From: an uncultured Rhodanobacter sp. | GTDB lineage: Bacteria > Pseudomonadota > Gammaproteobacteria > Xanthomonadales > Rhodanobacteraceae | Length of the DNA: 64,000 nucleotides | Reading direction: 5' to 3' | NCBI GenBank assembly: GCA_966211915.1 | Contig: CBIHNO010000015.1 | Span: 9,857 to 73,856 of the forward strand | Shown: positions 48,986 to 57,179 of the stretch, piece after piece | Position numbering within the stretch: position 1 is the first letter of the stretch | Layout of the letters: the number at the start of each line of letters is the position of its first letter | The notes under the pieces: model-generated | Database searches by the model: none | Told to the model about the DNA's origin: nothing | What the model saw: the letters and a program-made list of their open reading frames with translations, nothing else | Program-made: the position numbers and the translations under genes

Positions 48986-50515
48986 ATGAATGCACGTATC
49001 TCCGGCTTGCTGCTGTACGCCACGATCTTTGTGCTGACTGCGATCGAGTTTCTGCAGCTGAGCATGGTTGCGTTCGGCGCGGGTCCGATCATGGGCGAAG
49101 TGAGCATCACGCCGGAGGACTTCAGCCTGATCGCGGCTGTGTATGCCAGTGTCGCGATCCTGATGATTTCGATGCAACGCTGGTTCGTTACCCGCCTCGG
49201 CGGGCGGCTGTTCATCCAGTGCGCGACGTCGGTTTCGCTGCTCGGCGCGGTACTGTGTGCCACCAGCCTTGACTTCGCCTCGTTCCTGCTCGGCCGCCTG
49301 GTCATGGCGATCGGCGGCGGCGCGCTGTTCACTTCGGCGCGCATGATCATCCATCACACGCTAGCCGGGCCGCGGCGGTTCATGGGCATCAAGTCGCTGG
49401 CTTACGGTGTGGCGCTGTGCATTTCCGCCGGCCCTTGGCTGACAGCGCAAGCGGTTTCCAATGACAGCTGGTCGGCGATCTTCTGGCTGCTGGCGATCCT
49501 GGATGTGCTCGCCTTCGCGCTGGCCAGTTGTACGCTCACCAACGACCTGCGCGGCTACGAAGAAGGGCGCAGCGACTGGAACCCCTTGTTGCAGGTGCTG
49601 CTGGTGGGCGGCAGTTTCGGACTGCTTTATGCGTTGCAGCGCTTCTACTACGACTTCTATGGCGACGTGCTGTTTGTTGCCGGCGTGCTGGTGGCTGCAC
49701 TGGCGGCGTTGCTCATCTACGCGCAGCACCAGCATCGGCAGCACCAGCCACTGCTGCACATCCGCCCGATGTTGCACCTGCGCTACATCGCCGGCGTCAT
49801 GCTGTTCCTGTTTGCCTACCTGATGCTGGGCGCGAACAACTACGTGGTGCCAGTGATGCTGCAGCGGACACTGGGCTACTCGTGGGAAACGGTGGGGCAT
49901 TTCGAGGCGCTCGGCGCGTTGGCGGCGGTGGCGACGTTTGCGGCGGTGTCGAGGCTGTTGCCGAAGCATCCGTCACCGCGCAAGTTCTGGATCAGCGGCT
50001 TCCTCGCACTGGCGCTGTTCGGCCTGCTGCTCGCGAGGCTCGATCCCGCGGCCAGCCCGTGGCTGCACGTACTGCCGGCATTGGCTTGCTACAACATCTT
50101 CCTGTTGACCGTGTTGCCGATCGCTGCGATGCAGGCGTTCCGTCAGATGGAGAACGACGAGACGCTGTTCTCCAACGCGCAGCAGGTGAAGAACATGCTG
50201 GCGCAGGCCGGTATCGCACTGGGCATCTCCGTCGCCACGCTGGGCCAGCAGTGGCGCATCACCGTGCACTACAACGTGCTCAATGCGCAGGTGACACCGG
50301 ACAATCCGATTTACCTCGCCACGATCCAGCAGTTGCAGGGTGCGCTCACGGCCAGCGTCGGCCCGACCCAGGCCGCGCAGATCGCCGTGGCCCGCGTGGC
50401 CCAGCTGCTGGGACAGCAGTCGGCGCTGCTGGCAAACATCGATCACTTCATGCTGATCGCCGCGCTCGGCGTGCTCGGCATCGCCGTCACGCTGGTACAG
50501 AAGGTATTCCGTTGA
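48986..50515 (+). CDS. MFS efflux transporter, divergent DHA2/EmrB-like
   Basis: About 14 TM segments, LLGRLVMAIGGG motif, large C-terminal loop before the last TM, position after emrA. Confidence 0.8.
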   Translation: MNARISGLLLYATIFVLTAIEFLQLSMVAFGAGPIMGEVSITPEDFSLIAAVYASVAILMISMQRWFVTRLGGRLFIQCATSVSLLGAVLCATSLDFASFLLGRLVMAIGGGALFTSARMIIHHTLAGPRRFMGIKSLAYGVALCISAGPWLTAQAVSNDSWSAIFWLLAILDVLAFALASCTLTNDLRGYEEGRSDWNPLLQVLLVGGSFGLLYALQRFYYDFYGDVLFVAGVLVAALAALLIYAQHQHRQHQPLLHIRPMLHLRYIAGVMLFLFAYLMLGANNYVVPVMLQRTLGYSWETVGHFEALGALAAVATFAAVSRLLPKHPSPRKFWISGFLALALFGLLLARLDPAASPWLHVLPALACYNIFLLTVLPIAAMQAFRQMENDETLFSNAQQVKNMLAQAGIALGISVATLGQQWRITVHYNVLNAQVTPDNPIYLATIQQLQGALTASVGPTQAAQIAVARVAQLLGQQSALLANIDHFMLIAALGVLGIAVTLVQKVFR

Positions 50516-50531
50516 ACCTCGATCCCGGCCG

Positions 50532-50560
50532 TGCAGGAGCGCACCCTGTGCGCTCCTGCA
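50532..50560. terminator. Perfect 13-bp hairpin between convergent MFS and catalase genes (REP-like)
   Basis: TGCAGGAGCGCAC-CCT-GTGCGCTCCTGCA. Confidence 0.7.
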
Positions 50561-50572
50561 GCCTGGTCGCGA

Positions 50573-51583
50573 CTACTGACGATCGCGGAACGAGATCGGA
50601 TACGCCGCGTTGCGCGCCTCGATCATCGGATCAGCCGCTTCGATCCCGGCCGGCAGATTGCCCGGCATGAACAGCGTGCTCTTGCTGGCGTCAGCCTGGT
50701 CCTTGACCATCTGCGTGATGCTGATCGTGCCGAGCTTCACCAGCTTGCGATTCTCCGGCCACGCGATCGACGGATCGGCAATGGCATCGCCCGCGGCGGA
50801 AATCTGCGCATACCAGTCGAAACGGATCGGGGCCTTGGCGACGCGCGTGGCGATTTCTTCGGAGAGATAGTTCGGTCCCCTGGTTTTGAGGCCGGCCGCA
50901 TCGAGCAAGTGCTCGCCGGCGGCGGGAACGAAGCGATAACGGACGAACTGGCGCTGTCCCTGTGCGTTGGTGAAGGCGAACGAGTTGACGCCGAAATACG
51001 GCAACGTGGCGTAGCTCTCCGGTGCCGGCTTCTGGGTGGTGAGGAAGGTTTTGGCGATCGGATGGCTGGCAAGAAAACCGTCCAGTGCCGTGGGCTTGGC
51101 CGCATCGGGACCGCTGGCGGCAATCGCGCGCAGCAGCTGGCCGAACTCGTCGGCGGTAGCCACCGGAAAACCGTTGAAGCTGTGTGTGACGACGTCGGCC
51201 TGGCTGCCATCGGGCAGCTGGAATTTCAGCGCTAAGCCGCGCGGGTTGGCGCCGTCGGCGGCATCGGGGATGTCCGGGATGCCGGTGAAATCGGAGAAGC
51301 GCACGGTGACCGGGATCGTCGCGTCGGCGAACAGCGCCGCGCGGCTGAGCGTGCGCGCCTGCGCTGCAGGCGTGAAGCTGCCTTGCAGCAATACACCCTT
51401 CGCATGTACTGCTCGTGCATGGTGGTTGCCGAAGGCGCCGTGCAGCGCATCGACCAGTTGTGCCGGCGTGGAGTGTGCGTTGTCGGGACCGTTGGCGAGC
51501 GCCAGCGACATGCTCGCGGCCAGGCCGAGGGAAAACATAGTGGCGCCAGCGGTGCGGCAATGCGACTTCAGCTTTGTGTTCAT
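50573..51583 (-). CDS. Catalase-related peroxidase (SrpA-like), exported
   Basis: Signal-like N-terminus, distal His in RAVHAKG, VRFS motif, proximal Tyr in RNAAYPIS, short length (about 336 aa). Confidence 0.88.
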   Translation of the reverse strand: MNTKLKSHCRTAGATMFSLGLAASMSLALANGPDNAHSTPAQLVDALHGAFGNHHARAVHAKGVLLQGSFTPAAQARTLSRAALFADATIPVTVRFSDFTGIPDIPDAADGANPRGLALKFQLPDGSQADVVTHSFNGFPVATADEFGQLLRAIAASGPDAAKPTALDGFLASHPIAKTFLTTQKPAPESYATLPYFGVNSFAFTNAQGQRQFVRYRFVPAAGEHLLDAAGLKTRGPNYLSEEIATRVAKAPIRFDWYAQISAAGDAIADPSIAWPENRKLVKLGTISITQMVKDQADASKSTLFMPGNLPAGIEAADPMIEARNAAYPISFRDRQ

Positions 51584-51622
51584 GCGTATCACCTCGTCGT
51601 GGTGGATGTGGAGTGGGCGATT

Positions 51623-52060
51623 TCAAGCCGGCATCTTGCGGAAGGCGATGGAGAAGCGGTTCCAGCCGTTGATCGCCACCCCCAGCAAGGTCAGGTCGGT
51701 CATTTCTTCCGGCGTGAATTCAGGCTGCACCGATTCCCATACCTCGTCGGGCACATGCGTGGTGCTGACCAGGGTGACCGCCTCGGTCCATGCCAGTGCG
51801 GCGCGTTCGCGCGCGGTGAAGAACGGCGTCTCGCGCCACGCGCCCAGGGTGGCCAGTCGCCGCTCATCCTCGCCGGCCTTGCGTGCATCGGCCGAGTGCA
51901 TGTCCATGCAGTAGGCGCAGCCGTTGATCTGCGAGGCGCGCAGGCGCACCAGCTCGACCAGCGGCTTTTCCAGCGAGCTTTTGCCGATGCGCTGCTCCAG
52001 CGCGATCATCGCCTTGATCGCTTCCGGGCTGGCCTTGTAGAAGTCGAGTCGGGTATTCAT
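51623..52060 (-). CDS. AhpD/carboxymuconolactone decarboxylase family protein
   Basis: LVRLRASQINGCAYCMDMH (CxxC), FTARERAALAWTEAVT, INGWNR. Confidence 0.92.
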   Translation of the reverse strand: MNTRLDFYKASPEAIKAMIALEQRIGKSSLEKPLVELVRLRASQINGCAYCMDMHSADARKAGEDERRLATLGAWRETPFFTARERAALAWTEAVTLVSTTHVPDEVWESVQPEFTPEEMTDLTLLGVAINGWNRFSIAFRKMPA

Positions 52061-52096
52061 GGTGGTTCCCTTCTTTGCGGTTGTGGGACACGCACC

Positions 52097-52149
52097 ACGC
52101 TAACGACGTCCGCCGCCGCCGGCTTGAACATTCCTGATCGGGCTGGATC
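52097..52149 (-). promoter_or_regulatory. Putative activator-dependent promoter for the ahpD-catalase operon
   Basis: Minus strand GATCCAG (52149-43), N13, GTTCAAG (52129-23), N20, TAGCGT (52102-097). Confidence 0.5.
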
Positions 52150-52190
52150 GTTCCGCTTGTTGAAGTGCTGCGAATAGAAAGGCGAGAAAG

Positions 52191-52243
52191 GATCAATGCT
52201 GCGCAAGAACGGACAAGCGCGCGGCGATCGGCCCGCCTATCGT
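52191..52243 (+). promoter_or_regulatory. Putative activator-dependent promoter for the antitoxin-like/cupin/SDR operon
   Basis: GATCAAT (52191-97), N13, GGACAAG (52211-17), N20, TATCGT (52238-43). Confidence 0.5.
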
Positions 52244-52271
52244 CGTGATGTCCCGACGAGAGGCCAGACCG

Positions 52272-52604
52272 ATGCATGCGGTTCGTTCGATCAAACCCGC
52301 GCGCGACATTTCGCTATACGCACTGCTGCGCACGGCCTGCATGGCTGACCCGCAGGATCGTTTGATTGCGCCGATGGGCGAGCACGACTACAGCACACTG
52401 TTCGGGCGTATCCCGGTGGCCCTGGCCGTGCTGCGCGTGGCGTTGGAAGTCGAGCCCGATCCGGTCCGGGTATTCGCCTGGTATCGCCATACCCGGATTG
52501 CCGAACTTGGCCAGCTCACCGCCGAACAACTGGTGTTGATGGGGCGCATGGAGGCGGTGATCGGGTTCCTGCATTCCATTCGCGATGGCGAACGCGATGG
52601 ATGA
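52272..52604 (+). CDS. Hypothetical protein resembling the Xre/MbcA/ParS antitoxin C-terminal domain (DUF2384-like)
   Basis: C-terminal VFAWYRHTRIAELGQLTAEQLVLMGRMEAVIGFL resembles the WxRxxPxxxxxxxTAxxLVxxGR pattern. No clear HTH. GAGAGG precedes ATG 52272. Confidence 0.55.
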   Translation: MHAVRSIKPARDISLYALLRTACMADPQDRLIAPMGEHDYSTLFGRIPVALAVLRVALEVEPDPVRVFAWYRHTRIAELGQLTAEQLVLMGRMEAVIGFLHSIRDGERDG

Positions 52605-52653
52605 AGGCGCGGTACGCAGTTCGCTCACCACCATTTCAACAGGAGACAGGACG

Positions 52654-53061
52654 ATGAAAATCCACACCCTCGCGCTGGCAGCCCTGCTGGTCGTCGGCAC
52701 CAGCCTCGGCGGCAACGTCGTCGCGCACGAAACCATCACGCCGGCATTCGCGCATGCGATTCCCAACGTACCCGGCAAGACCCTCACTGCGCTGGTGGTG
52801 ACCTACAAACCGGGCGGTACTTCGCTGGCGCATCGGCACGGCTCGGCGTTCGTGGTGGCCTACGTGCTGAGTGGCGCCATCCGCAGTCAGCTGGAAGGTG
52901 GCCAGCCGAAGGTGTACCGCGCCGGCGAAAGCTGGACCGAAGCTCCCGGCGCACATCATCTGGTCAGCGAGAACGCCAGCCGGACCGAGCCTGCCTCGCT
53001 GCTGGCGATCTTTGTCGCCGACAGCAGCGACACGAAGCTGGTCACGTTCGACAAACCCTGA
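52654..53061 (+). CDS. Exported cupin domain protein
   Basis: Signal peptide, AHRHG metal-binding motif, YRAGESWTEAPGAHH. Confidence 0.88.
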   Translation: MKIHTLALAALLVVGTSLGGNVVAHETITPAFAHAIPNVPGKTLTALVVTYKPGGTSLAHRHGSAFVVAYVLSGAIRSQLEGGQPKVYRAGESWTEAPGAHHLVSENASRTEPASLLAIFVADSSDTKLVTFDKP

Positions 53062-53114
53062 GCAGCACGGCGCCCGCATGCAAGACATGCGGCCATTCTT
53101 GCCGGGACACCCTC

Positions 53115-53837
53115 ATGACTTCACGCACTTTCCTCATCACCGGCGCCAGCAAGGGCATCGGTCGCGCCTTGTCCGAGCGGCTCGCCGCGGCTGGCGATCA
53201 CGTCGTCGGCATCGCGCGCAACGCCGACGACGCCAGCTTTCCCGGCACCCTGGTTTCCGTCGATCTCGGCGACCGCGCGGCGACCGCCAAAGCTCTGCGC
53301 GAGTTGACCACGCGGCATGCGTTTGACGGCGTGGTCAACAATGTCGGCTACGTCCACCTGGCCCGTCTCGGCGACCTCGACCTCGACGAGCTGGAGAACA
53401 GCTTCCGGCTGAACCTGATCTCCGCGGTGCAGACCGTGCAGGCTCTGTTGCCCGGCATGCGCGAGCGCGGCTGGGGGCGGGTGGTCAACCTGTCCAGCCT
53501 GGTCGTGCTGGGTGTCACCGACCGCACTGCCTACGCCGCCGCCAAGGCCGCGATGATCAGCTTCACCCGCACCTGGGCGCTGGAACTGGCATCGACCGGG
53601 ATCACCGTCAATGCGGTCGCCCCAGGCCCGACCGAAACGGAATTGTTTCGCGCGAACACGCCAGCCGGCAGCGAGGCGGAGCGCCGCTTCCTGTCGCTGG
53701 TGCCGATGCGGCGCTTCGGCAAGCCCGACGAACTGGCCGCCGCGATCGCGTTCCTGTTGTCGGAAGAGGCGGCATTCATTACCGGACAGACGCTGTTCGT
53801 GGACGGCGGGGCGTCGATCGGGAAGGCCGCGGTGTGA
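53115..53837 (+). CDS. SDR family oxidoreductase
   Basis: TGASKGIG, NNVG, YAAAKAA, NAVAPGP. Confidence 0.92.
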   Translation: MTSRTFLITGASKGIGRALSERLAAAGDHVVGIARNADDASFPGTLVSVDLGDRAATAKALRELTTRHAFDGVVNNVGYVHLARLGDLDLDELENSFRLNLISAVQTVQALLPGMRERGWGRVVNLSSLVVLGVTDRTAYAAAKAAMISFTRTWALELASTGITVNAVAPGPTETELFRANTPAGSEAERRFLSLVPMRRFGKPDELAAAIAFLLSEEAAFITGQTLFVDGGASIGKAAV

Positions 53838-53888
53838 TTCGTGCGGGACCTGATTTTTCGCAGAGGTTTGCCATTCCCCGGCCCACTG

Positions 53889-54824
53889 TCAGGTGGTCGG
53901 AGGATCAGCGGAAGCGCGGTAGCCACTGGCGTTGCGCCAGACGCCGGGGCTCATCCCCATCTTGCGGGTGAACATGCGGGTGAAGTGGCTCTGGTCGGCA
54001 AAGCCGGCGGCGTAGGCGATGTCGGTCAGTGGCAGGCTGCGGTCGCGCATCAGCTGCATGGCCAGGTCGATGCGGCGCAGGATCAACCATTGGTGCGGCG
54101 ACTCCCCGGTACTCTGCTTGAACGCACGTACGAAGGCGCTGCACGACAGGTCGCAGGCCTTGGCCACCAGCGCCAGCGGAATGCCGTCAACGAGATGTTC
54201 GCGCATCAGCTCCATCGCCTGGCGCTGTTGCCACGGAGCGAGCCCGCCGTGTGGCACCGAGGAGGGGCAGCGCACGCCGCCGTAGGTCGTCAGCAGATGC
54301 GTGCGCAAGGCGAGTAGCACATGGTCTACGTAAAGCTGATGGTTTTTCTGCGCGGCATGCAAAGGCGGCAGCAGGCAGTGGCCGAGATGATTGATGACAG
54401 GGTCATCGATGAACTGGCCCGGCTGATTGTGCAAGTCGTTTACCGGCGGTGTGCCGAGCTCTTCGGACAACTCGGTCAGTGCGCTGCGCGGGACGTAGAA
54501 GAACAGCGGATGAAACGGCTCGGGAAGGTAGGCGACCGGGTCGCGCTCGAGATCGTAGACATGCGTGGTGCCGGGTGTGATCGGATGCACCGCGACCGGG
54601 CGTCCGTCCAGCCACAGTTCGTGATGCTGCAAGGCACGCAGTTGCAAGCCCAGAAGATAGGCCGGCTCGCGCGCTATCGGCGCGGTGAAACCATAGTCGG
54701 GAGTGTCGCACTGCAGCTCGGTCACGGCCAGCCGAATCCCGCCGGATGTCTGCGAGGACATCATGGGCGGGTTGTCCAGACCGAACGATGTGGCCAGCCG
54801 GTGGCCGTAGGCTCCTGCTCGCAT
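53889..54824 (-). CDS. AraC family transcriptional regulator
   Basis: C-terminal double HTH (AFVRAFKQSTGESPHQWL, AGFADQSHFTRMF) and a cupin-like N-terminal domain. Confidence 0.93.
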   Translation of the reverse strand: MRAGAYGHRLATSFGLDNPPMMSSQTSGGIRLAVTELQCDTPDYGFTAPIAREPAYLLGLQLRALQHHELWLDGRPVAVHPITPGTTHVYDLERDPVAYLPEPFHPLFFYVPRSALTELSEELGTPPVNDLHNQPGQFIDDPVINHLGHCLLPPLHAAQKNHQLYVDHVLLALRTHLLTTYGGVRCPSSVPHGGLAPWQQRQAMELMREHLVDGIPLALVAKACDLSCSAFVRAFKQSTGESPHQWLILRRIDLAMQLMRDRSLPLTDIAYAAGFADQSHFTRMFTRKMGMSPGVWRNASGYRASADPPTT

Positions 54825-54935
54825 GTCGCATCCCCGGCGGCTGGCGGGTGTTCCCCCTCATACCACAGCCGTGTCGCGGAATGTACGGCGAATGGATGCC
54901 GGATGCCAGCGCTGACCAGTGCCTGGCACGTACGG

Positions 54936-56180
54936 TCAGCGGGCCGGTTCCGCCCGAGTGGCGGGGCATTTGGGCGGGGTCGATCCGGGCGTGCCATGCG
55001 CGCTCATGTTGCGCCGGATCGACTGTGCCGGGGTCATCCACAGGAGTCCCTGCGCCGCGCAATCGGCGGCATAGTCGAACAGTGTCTGCATGTGCCGCTG
55101 GTCGAAGTCGATGAAACTGGTCTGCGGATAGTCCACCGGAATTTCGGTGAGACGGAATTCCATGCCCAGCCGTTTTGCCGCGGCGATGTTGTCGACGATC
55201 GCCTCGCGCGTCTTGTAGGTCATCTCGGCGGAGAAGCTGTTCGAGAGGATGTCGACCGTGTTGAAGCGCGTGGTCTGCGGCGTGCGCGCCAGCTGGCCGT
55301 TGACGATCATGTACAGGTGTGCGCCGTGCAGCAGCGGCAGCTCGGTCGACTGGATGCCGGCGATCAGCGGCGTGCTGAACACCGAGGTCGTCACGCCGCC
55401 GTCCACGTGCATCTCGTCGTATTCCCGGCCGTCATTGCGCACGCGAATCAGTACCGGAGGGAATACGCCGGGCACGCTGGCCGAGGCGATCAGCACGTCG
55501 CGAAACAGGGTGCGTGCCGTGCTGCCGCCATGCTGCGCGATCTCGCCCAGGTTCCACAGCACCGTTTCGTGCTTGTCCAGGTCGGTGGTAGCCACCACCA
55601 GCTGGCGACCTTTCGCTGCCTCGTGCGCCACGGCATCGATCATTTTCATCGTGACGAAGTGGTCAACCAGCTGGAACAGCGCGTTGCGATGCGGCAGTCC
55701 GCGCGGCGAAAGCAGCCGGGCCAGAATGGTGCGAGTGGGCGATTGCATCAGCCGCGCACTGCGCTTGCCGGTAAAGGCCTCCTGCATGCGCGCGTCCCAG
55801 TCTGTCCCGAGAAACGCGAACGGTGCCACCAGGGCACCGGCGCTCACGCCGGTCACCATCTCGAACTGCGGACGGGTATGCGCGCGACTCAATCCCGCCA
55901 GCGCGCCGGCGCCGTAGGCACCGCCCGACCCTCCGCCGGACAGCGCCAGGATGTCCACCGTGCCATCAGTTGCCGCTGCGCGGATACCGCCGAAGAATGC
56001 CGGGGCGAGGGCGGTGAACGTGTGCAAATCCGTGGTCACCAGCCGCACGCTTGCCGGAAAACCGTCCGGTGCCGCCGCACCGATCAGCTCGGGCGGCGCA
56101 GCACGCCGCGGCGCGGTCTGACAGCCGCTCATCATCACCATCGCGGCAGCTAGCCAGGCCAGGATCCGCTTGCTTCGCAT
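54936..56180 (-). CDS. Patatin-like phospholipase lipoprotein
   Basis: Lipobox MSGC, LSGGGSGGAYGAG, GVSAG nucleophile elbow and DGG motif. Confidence 0.88.
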   Translation of the reverse strand: MRSKRILAWLAAAMVMMSGCQTAPRRAAPPELIGAAAPDGFPASVRLVTTDLHTFTALAPAFFGGIRAAATDGTVDILALSGGGSGGAYGAGALAGLSRAHTRPQFEMVTGVSAGALVAPFAFLGTDWDARMQEAFTGKRSARLMQSPTRTILARLLSPRGLPHRNALFQLVDHFVTMKMIDAVAHEAAKGRQLVVATTDLDKHETVLWNLGEIAQHGGSTARTLFRDVLIASASVPGVFPPVLIRVRNDGREYDEMHVDGGVTTSVFSTPLIAGIQSTELPLLHGAHLYMIVNGQLARTPQTTRFNTVDILSNSFSAEMTYKTREAIVDNIAAAKRLGMEFRLTEIPVDYPQTSFIDFDQRHMQTLFDYAADCAAQGLLWMTPAQSIRRNMSAHGTPGSTPPKCPATRAEPAR

Positions 56181-56322
56181 CGTGTGCTCCCTCCGCGGAC
56201 ATCGTCGGCGCGGCATGGCCACGTCGATGCAGTGCAGAAGTATGCAACCGGGCGGATCACACGATCAATGCAATGCAGGCAATGCTCCGGTTTCGAACAT
56301 GTCACGGGACAAATGCATCAAT

Positions 56323-56509
56323 TCAGCGCCGCCCCTCGCGCCACAGCATGACCGCGAGGCTGCCGGCGACGACAAAAGCCATCGAACTTGCCCACAGCGG
56401 AAACGACAGGCCATTGACGGTCACCGGCCACGCCAGCGCCAAACGTACCCCTTGCAGCAACGCGATCAGGCCGAGTAGCAAGGCGGCAATAGTCGTATTA
56501 GGGTTTCAT
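56323..56509 (-). pseudogene. Frameshifted small two-TM membrane protein (about 61 aa)
   Basis: GGGAGA RBS, then ATG AAA CCC TAA T ACG. Removing one base gives MKPYTTIAALLLGLIALLQGVRLALAWPVTVNGLSFPLWASSMAFVVAGSLAVMLWREGRR*. The 187-nt span equals 62 codons + 1. Confidence 0.75.
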
Positions 56510-56611
56510 GGGGGTCTCCCTGGATGGATGCAACGATTCTCAACATGCTGCTCTGGATTTGCTGCCCGATATCTGAGTCCAGCAGCGCGGCTTTCCGCCG
56601 CACGTTGGGAA

Positions 56612-57101
56612 TCAGGCAACACCCAGGGCCTTGCACCGTGGATGCTGCTTTGCAGAGACTGACTGTGTGACGGAATGGTCACCACCTTTGGCGGGAAGCA
56701 GCGGCTCGGCTAGTGCAGTGGTGGCCCTGATGAGTGCCAAAACTCCGGGGGCAGCGTCTCGACACTGGGCAGGCGTGCAAAACGGTTCTGCTTCCCGCTG
56801 CCCAGTAGAAAGTGTTCAGGGTCTGGCAGCGAAGCTCCTTGGTAGAACGAGAGGCCGACACCATTGGCCGCTGCCGCGAACGAGACGAGCAGCGGGATGG
56901 CTGCTTAGTGGTGCGATAATCCATCACCAAGAAATTGTAGCTGTTGTAGATCAGCTCGATTGCTGTGAGCAAGAGGGTTCTAGCCTCGGCCCGGCATTCG
57001 CGAATGAGCTTTGCAGTCGCTGGCTCGAACTTGGCGATGAACACTTCGAGCTGCGTGGCCGATGAGATAGCTGAAGCGGCGGTCGGTGCCACGGATTTCA
57101 T
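56612..57101 (-). pseudogene. Doubly frameshifted hypothetical protein (DUF1801-like)
   Basis: Coherent protein split over three frames: MKSV..QLEVFIAKFEPA..YNSYNFLV..TKQPS / LVSFAAAANGVGLSFYQGASLPDPEHFLLGSGKQNRFARLPSVETL / VLALIRATTALAEPLL..SAKQHPRCKALGVA*. Shifts near 56890 and 56745. Confidence 0.75.
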
Positions 57102-57179
57102 GACAAAATGACGTGGGTTGCTTGAGCGGGAGAAGCGCGGGACTCAAGTTTCTGCTGAGGCGAAAGCAGCATCGAAGAG

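Noticed and set aside
52105-52131. ECF41-type promoter (TGTCACA-N16-CGTC) upstream of the AhpD/CMD gene
   Set aside because: The -35 match is poor (TGTTCAA), spacing is off by one, and there is no ECF41 sigma gene in the window. The three-site signature fits better.
42480-57179. Flanking direct repeats (att sites) for the accessory block
   Set aside because: Only an 8-bp AAATGACG match near both ends, which is compatible with chance. No integrase or tRNA target.
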